DNA of 64,000 nt from NCBI GenBank assembly GCA_964016885.1, contig OZ024742.1, forward strand, positions 93,496,001 to 93,560,000, read 5' to 3'. Made by a program: the position numbers and the translations under genes. The stretch comes from Eledone cirrhosa (taxonomy: Eukaryota). The first letter of the stretch is position 1, and every line of letters begins with the position of its first letter. This document shows, piece after piece, positions 59,501-64,000 of the stretch. The notes beneath the pieces are model-generated. The model did not search any database. It was not told the origin of the DNA and was given only the letters and a program-made list of their open reading frames with translations.

Positions 59501-60789
59501 AGATAGATAGATAAATATAATCTGAGTATTTCGAATATTAATAATATTCGATTCGTTTGAAATTATGCAAACAGGCCTCATTTTTAAAGCCATGTCAGTA
59601 GAATGAGCCCTCATTCTTGATCTTGTGTTGGCATGTAAACAGAACTGCAGACACTATATCATGATATATGAATGTATGTGTTCGCATGCATACATTTGTT
59701 ATCTAAACCTACTGTATTCTCTTTCAAATATGTTTCGTTTTGAAAAATATGTTATATATATATATGCATACATACATAACTTACATACATATGTTCACGC
59801 ATATGTATACAGATAATTTCTGCAAAATATTAACATATAGAGATGGACTCCAATCTTTATGTAAATAGTTATATCAATAAATATACAATTATAAAAGAAA
59901 CAAAAACCAGAAACGTATATAAAATTTACACCAGTACATTGTGTACAAATAGTCCCAAGGCAGGATCTTGTAATAAGAATTTATCCATTACCTAGATTCA
60001 CGAGCTGTGTGTTGCTGTGTACTGCGACCTCATTTTTGTTTTAGATATAATTATATTTTACTTTCGTTCTGTTTCATTATATTTTAGTGGTTTTTACTTT
60101 TACTTAAGAAATGTCCACGAAATATTGGAAGGATCTGAATGGAATGCAATTAAAGGTATGATGTAGCAGATAATTTGCCATTAGTGATAAAATGAAGAAC
60201 GTAATTTTGTTTACCGAAAATAAATGTTAGAGAAATAGCAAAAAAAAAAAAAAAGCATAGCATACTTTATCTAATCAGACCTCAAAAACAAAACTTCTGA
60301 AAGATGAAAGACTAGTTTAGAATGTAAAGAAAATGAAGCGGGAGAATGAGTAAAGCATAAATTTGCCGAGGGAGCAGAGATAGATAGATACAGGACATTA
60401 AGTGTCTCTTGTATTATTCCTGTTTTGGATAACTACTATAAAGATTTTGGTGATGGAAAATATAAACAGTAACTAATTTGGAAATTTTTTTACTTTCAAA
60501 TTTGATTACTTGTTTAGCTAAAGGTAATTTCAAAGACCTGTAATATCTGGTTGAGTTGGTAAAACAATGTTCTGCAGACGGATGTATTAATAGTTCTCGG
60601 CCTGGTATTGGTAATAGAACAGGTCCCTCTCTAGCTCTCGATGAAAGAGACATAGCTCTCACATTTCCTGTTTATTTATCTGAAAATAGTTACCATGAAA
60701 TGAGGTATGGCTGTCCTTTATAACAAGCAGGGAAATTATATAACGGAATTCGGATATATTTTGTACCCTTGCATTATTTATTAACCTTA

Positions 60790-60970
60790 GGGTGGTTGAT
60801 TGGCAGTATCGGTAGAGGGTCGGACGCCATGCATTACGTTCCTTTGCGGACTGAGTTCAAATCCCACCGAGGTTAACTTTGCCTTTCATCCTTACAGGGT
60901 CCATAAAATAAAGTACCAGTAATGTACTGGGTAGTTGTTGGCCTTGTTCTCAAAGTAGAAACGATTATTT
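60790..60970 (+). mobile_element. tRNA-derived SINE, full length
   Basis: GGTTGATTGGCAGTATCGGTAGAGGGTCGGACGCC...GAGTTCAAATCC...AAAGTACCAG. Confidence 0.85.
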
Positions 60971-61189
60971 ATTAACCTCTTGCGTCAGATTCTAATTGTC
61001 TTGTAGAAAGCAAGTTGATTTACATCCTTCATTGTTAAAACGTCTCTATTTGATGGTGTTTCTGTTATCAGTACATTTATCTTCTGCACGAGATAAAGAT
61101 CATTTCTATGTGTTAAGGAAAACTTTCACAACATAAATAACGAAAATGCACAAAATAAGTTCTGTAGATCTAAAGCATCAATGGAGAAT

Positions 61190-61650
61190 TTTATATCGTT
61201 GCCAACGTCAATGGCATCTTTGACTACGCCAACGATGTGAATTCACCACATCAATAATGTAAATTTACAAAGTAAATGATGTCATTCACAATATCAATGA
61301 GGACTTTGAAGTTACAAATTATTTGATGTGGTTCCCAACATGAATGACGACTTTGAAACATAAATGAAATAACGTCACATCTATTACGTAATTTCACAAC
61401 ACCAGTGACGTAATTTCACAACGTAATCTAAACCATAATAAAGTAAGAAGCGCGGGATTGCGTACGGTTTATAATTCTTTATCCCATTAGTAAAATAAGT
61501 TGGATTAGTTTGAATAAAGAATGAATAAATATTACATAATTTATCTACTAAATTTCGTGGCTATTCATTAAATATATTTTATTATTTATTTAAAGATTCA
61601 CTTCTTTAACATTTTCAAATGTCAACACTTCCGGTGGCGATCGCTTAAAC
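61190..61650. repeat. degenerate 22-bp tandem array plus a roughly 210-bp unique block, duplicated at 62730-63970
   Basis: Unit resembles ACAACGTCAATGACGTAATTTC; 61438-61635 aligns with 63760-63963. Confidence 0.7.
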
Positions 61651-62375
61651 AAACATACTAATTTTCTCCTAATGCAGATTATATATAATATCGTCTTTTT
61701 TTTAATGTATCATGGATTACGTTACTGATTACATAAGAGAGTGTAACACAGTCTTCATTCAATTTCTATGTATATTGTCAATTACGATTTTATTTCATGT
61801 ATCATATCTACATGTATATATACTTGCGTATAATATCAATATACACACTACACATTATCATGATGATCATTATCATTATAATTATTTTAATTTTAAATCT
61901 GCAGTCCCTTTGTCTTTAGAAAAGAGGGTCTGGAGACATAAAAGACAGAGGGGGAGATTTTCTGCTAGTTGATATAATTTCACGAAAGTAATGCAATTCC
62001 TTAAATCTCTCGATCATAACGGTATTGACACATTTAAAAAAGTATCTGGTTGAGAATGGGCATACCAGTGGGTATTCAGATAAGAGTAGTTACATCGTAT
62101 TCGTGCATATCATACGAGACAACAAAAAGGGTTATTAGCGCCAGGAATGACCTCCGAATTTAAAACTTTGCTTTAAATAGGAAACAATGATGAGTATGAA
62201 ACTTGTCCCAATGTTATCCTCTGCTTTAACAGAGAAATTGTCGTCAACATACTCGTTGTTGTTTTTGTTGTATATTTTACATAACGCCACTATTGTATTT
62301 TACTACATCAATTACGAATTTCCACGGCATTGAGGATGTAACCCACGAAGCGTATATGTAACTTTTGTGGACGCA

Positions 62376-62530
62376 AGCATGGCTAGATTGTTAAGAAATT
62401 TGCTTTGCAATCATAAGGTCTCAGGTTTGATTCTACTGCGTGGCATCTTGGGCAAGTATATTTTCCATAACCTTGGGTCAACGCAAGCCTTGTGTGTGTA
62501 ATTTGGTAGAAAGAATCTATATGGAAGTCC
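62376..62530 (+). mobile_element. tRNA-derived CORE-like SINE
   Basis: GCATGGCTAGATTGTTAAG...GGTTTGATTC...CTTGGGCAAGT. Confidence 0.6.
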
Positions 62531-62845
62531 TTCAGATGAATTGTGCCTGCAATTCAAAGGCCCGGGCTCTCCACCACACTCTGTCACGTTGAACCCCTCT
62601 GGAAATTACTTTAAGGGTACAGGTGTCTATGGAATATATAATCAATACGTTAATTTACAAGTTGGATGTTCAGTTGATCGAACAGTTAGTGCTCATCGTC
62701 ACAACAGATGGAGAGTCTACCATCTAACTTTATAACGTCAATGATGTAACTTAACAATAAAGTTCCCATTGTAATTTTTCAAGGCCAATGATTATAATTT
62801 CATAACAACATTATACAACGGGATTCACAACAACGTCATGATATA

Positions 62846-63039
62846 CGAGGGTCGGCTGGAAAGGTCATATGCTGACCAAGATACTCTCATGGAATAACCA
62901 AATGAGTTTTGTTTTTCAACATAGTCCCTGGAAAGAAACAATGCAAGTATTAATAAGAAGAGTTGAAATTGATACATGCACGATTTAACAGCTCTAGAAT
63001 CACTCCTAGTCAGCTTATGAACTTTTCTACCCACCCTCG
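62846..63039. mobile_element. Tc1/mariner-type MITE
   Basis: TA-CGAGGGTCGGCTGGAAAGGTCATATGCTGAC ... GTCAGCTTATGAACTTTTCTACCCACCCTCG-TA (TIRs and TA TSD). Confidence 0.85.
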
Positions 63040-63236
63040 TAATTACACAATGACCGTGCTAACATTGTATATCCTCGATTCTGTAAATTCCCAACATCGT
63101 TAACATAAATTTCCAGCGTCAATGATATCATGTTTATTACTGTCGTGATTGATATAAATTCCCCGAGGCATTGACGTAATTTTCTAAAGTCATTGACGTA
63201 AATCCACAAAGTCGATGATATTATTTCACAACATCA

Positions 63237-63457
63237 GGGCGGTTGATTAGCAGTATCAGTAGAGGGTTGGACGCCATGCTTTGCAGCATAGAATTACGTC
63301 CCTTTACGGTCTGAGTTCAAATCCTGTCGAGGTTAGCTTTGCTTTTCATCCTTACGGGGTCGATAAAATAAAGTACCAGTCACGCACTGAGGTCGATTTA
63401 ATCGAATTTCCCCTCCCCCAAAATTGATGGCTTGTGCCTATATAAGAAACCATTATT
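63237..63457 (+). mobile_element. tRNA-derived SINE, full length, inserted in the 22-bp array
   Basis: GGCGGTTGATTAGCAGTATCAGTAGAGG...GAGTTCAAATCC...GTCGATAAAATAAAGTACCAG. Confidence 0.85.
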
Positions 63458-64000
63458 TCACAACGTCAATAACGTGATTTAACAACGTCAAAGTGCTAAT
63501 TCCAAATGAGTGGTATTTCAAATCTCACAACGGCAAATGTATCTCTCAACGTTATTAACGTAATTTCACGTCAATGATGCAATCTCACAACATTATTGAT
63601 GTCATTTAACAAGGTCAGTGTTGTAATTTCATAACATGAATGACGTTATTTCGAAACATCAACGTTGTATATTCACAACGTTATGGATATAATTTCGTAA
63701 CTTAAATAATATAATTTTCAAATGTCATTGACGTAAATTTACAACGTCATCATAATATCATAAAGTAGGAGTGCCGGACTGCGTCATGAATATATTTTTT
63801 TTATCCCGTTTGTAAAATAAGTTGGATTACTTTGCATAAATAATGAATGAATATTACATAATTTATGTACTAAATTTCGTAACTCTTGATAAAATATAAA
63901 CAATTTTATTGCTTATTTCATGATTCACTTCTTTTAAAATTTTCAAATGTCAATACTTCCGGTTATGATATAATGGACTCTATATTATGTCGCTTATATA

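Noticed and set aside
61190-63760. 22-bp repeats as a CRISPR array
   Set aside because: Head-to-tail degenerate units without spacers, eukaryotic context and no cas genes

Overview
AT-rich, microsatellite-saturated animal DNA, most likely intergenic or intronic. The repeat make-up suggests an octopus or other cephalopod (inference). No intact host gene is evident, and most listed ORFs are translations of (TA)n, (CA)n or (GA)n tracts. The real coding content is decayed retroelements: Penelope-like elements (PLEs; RT plus GIY-YIG), RTE LINEs and Tx1/L1-like LINEs. There are also tRNA-derived SINEs, a non-autonomous Helitron and mariner-like MITEs. The main unexplained structure is about 20 type-I hammerhead ribozyme (HHR) motifs from at least 12 sequence families, found by eye. 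They sit in short fold-back (inverted-repeat) elements or PLE ends, mostly inside (TA)n tracts. Several have intact cores, two families carry the compensatory U3-A8 core variant, and one family repeatedly folds back or truncates in ribozyme stem II. Element boundaries are approximate (about 10-20 nt); ribozyme core coordinates were counted directly.
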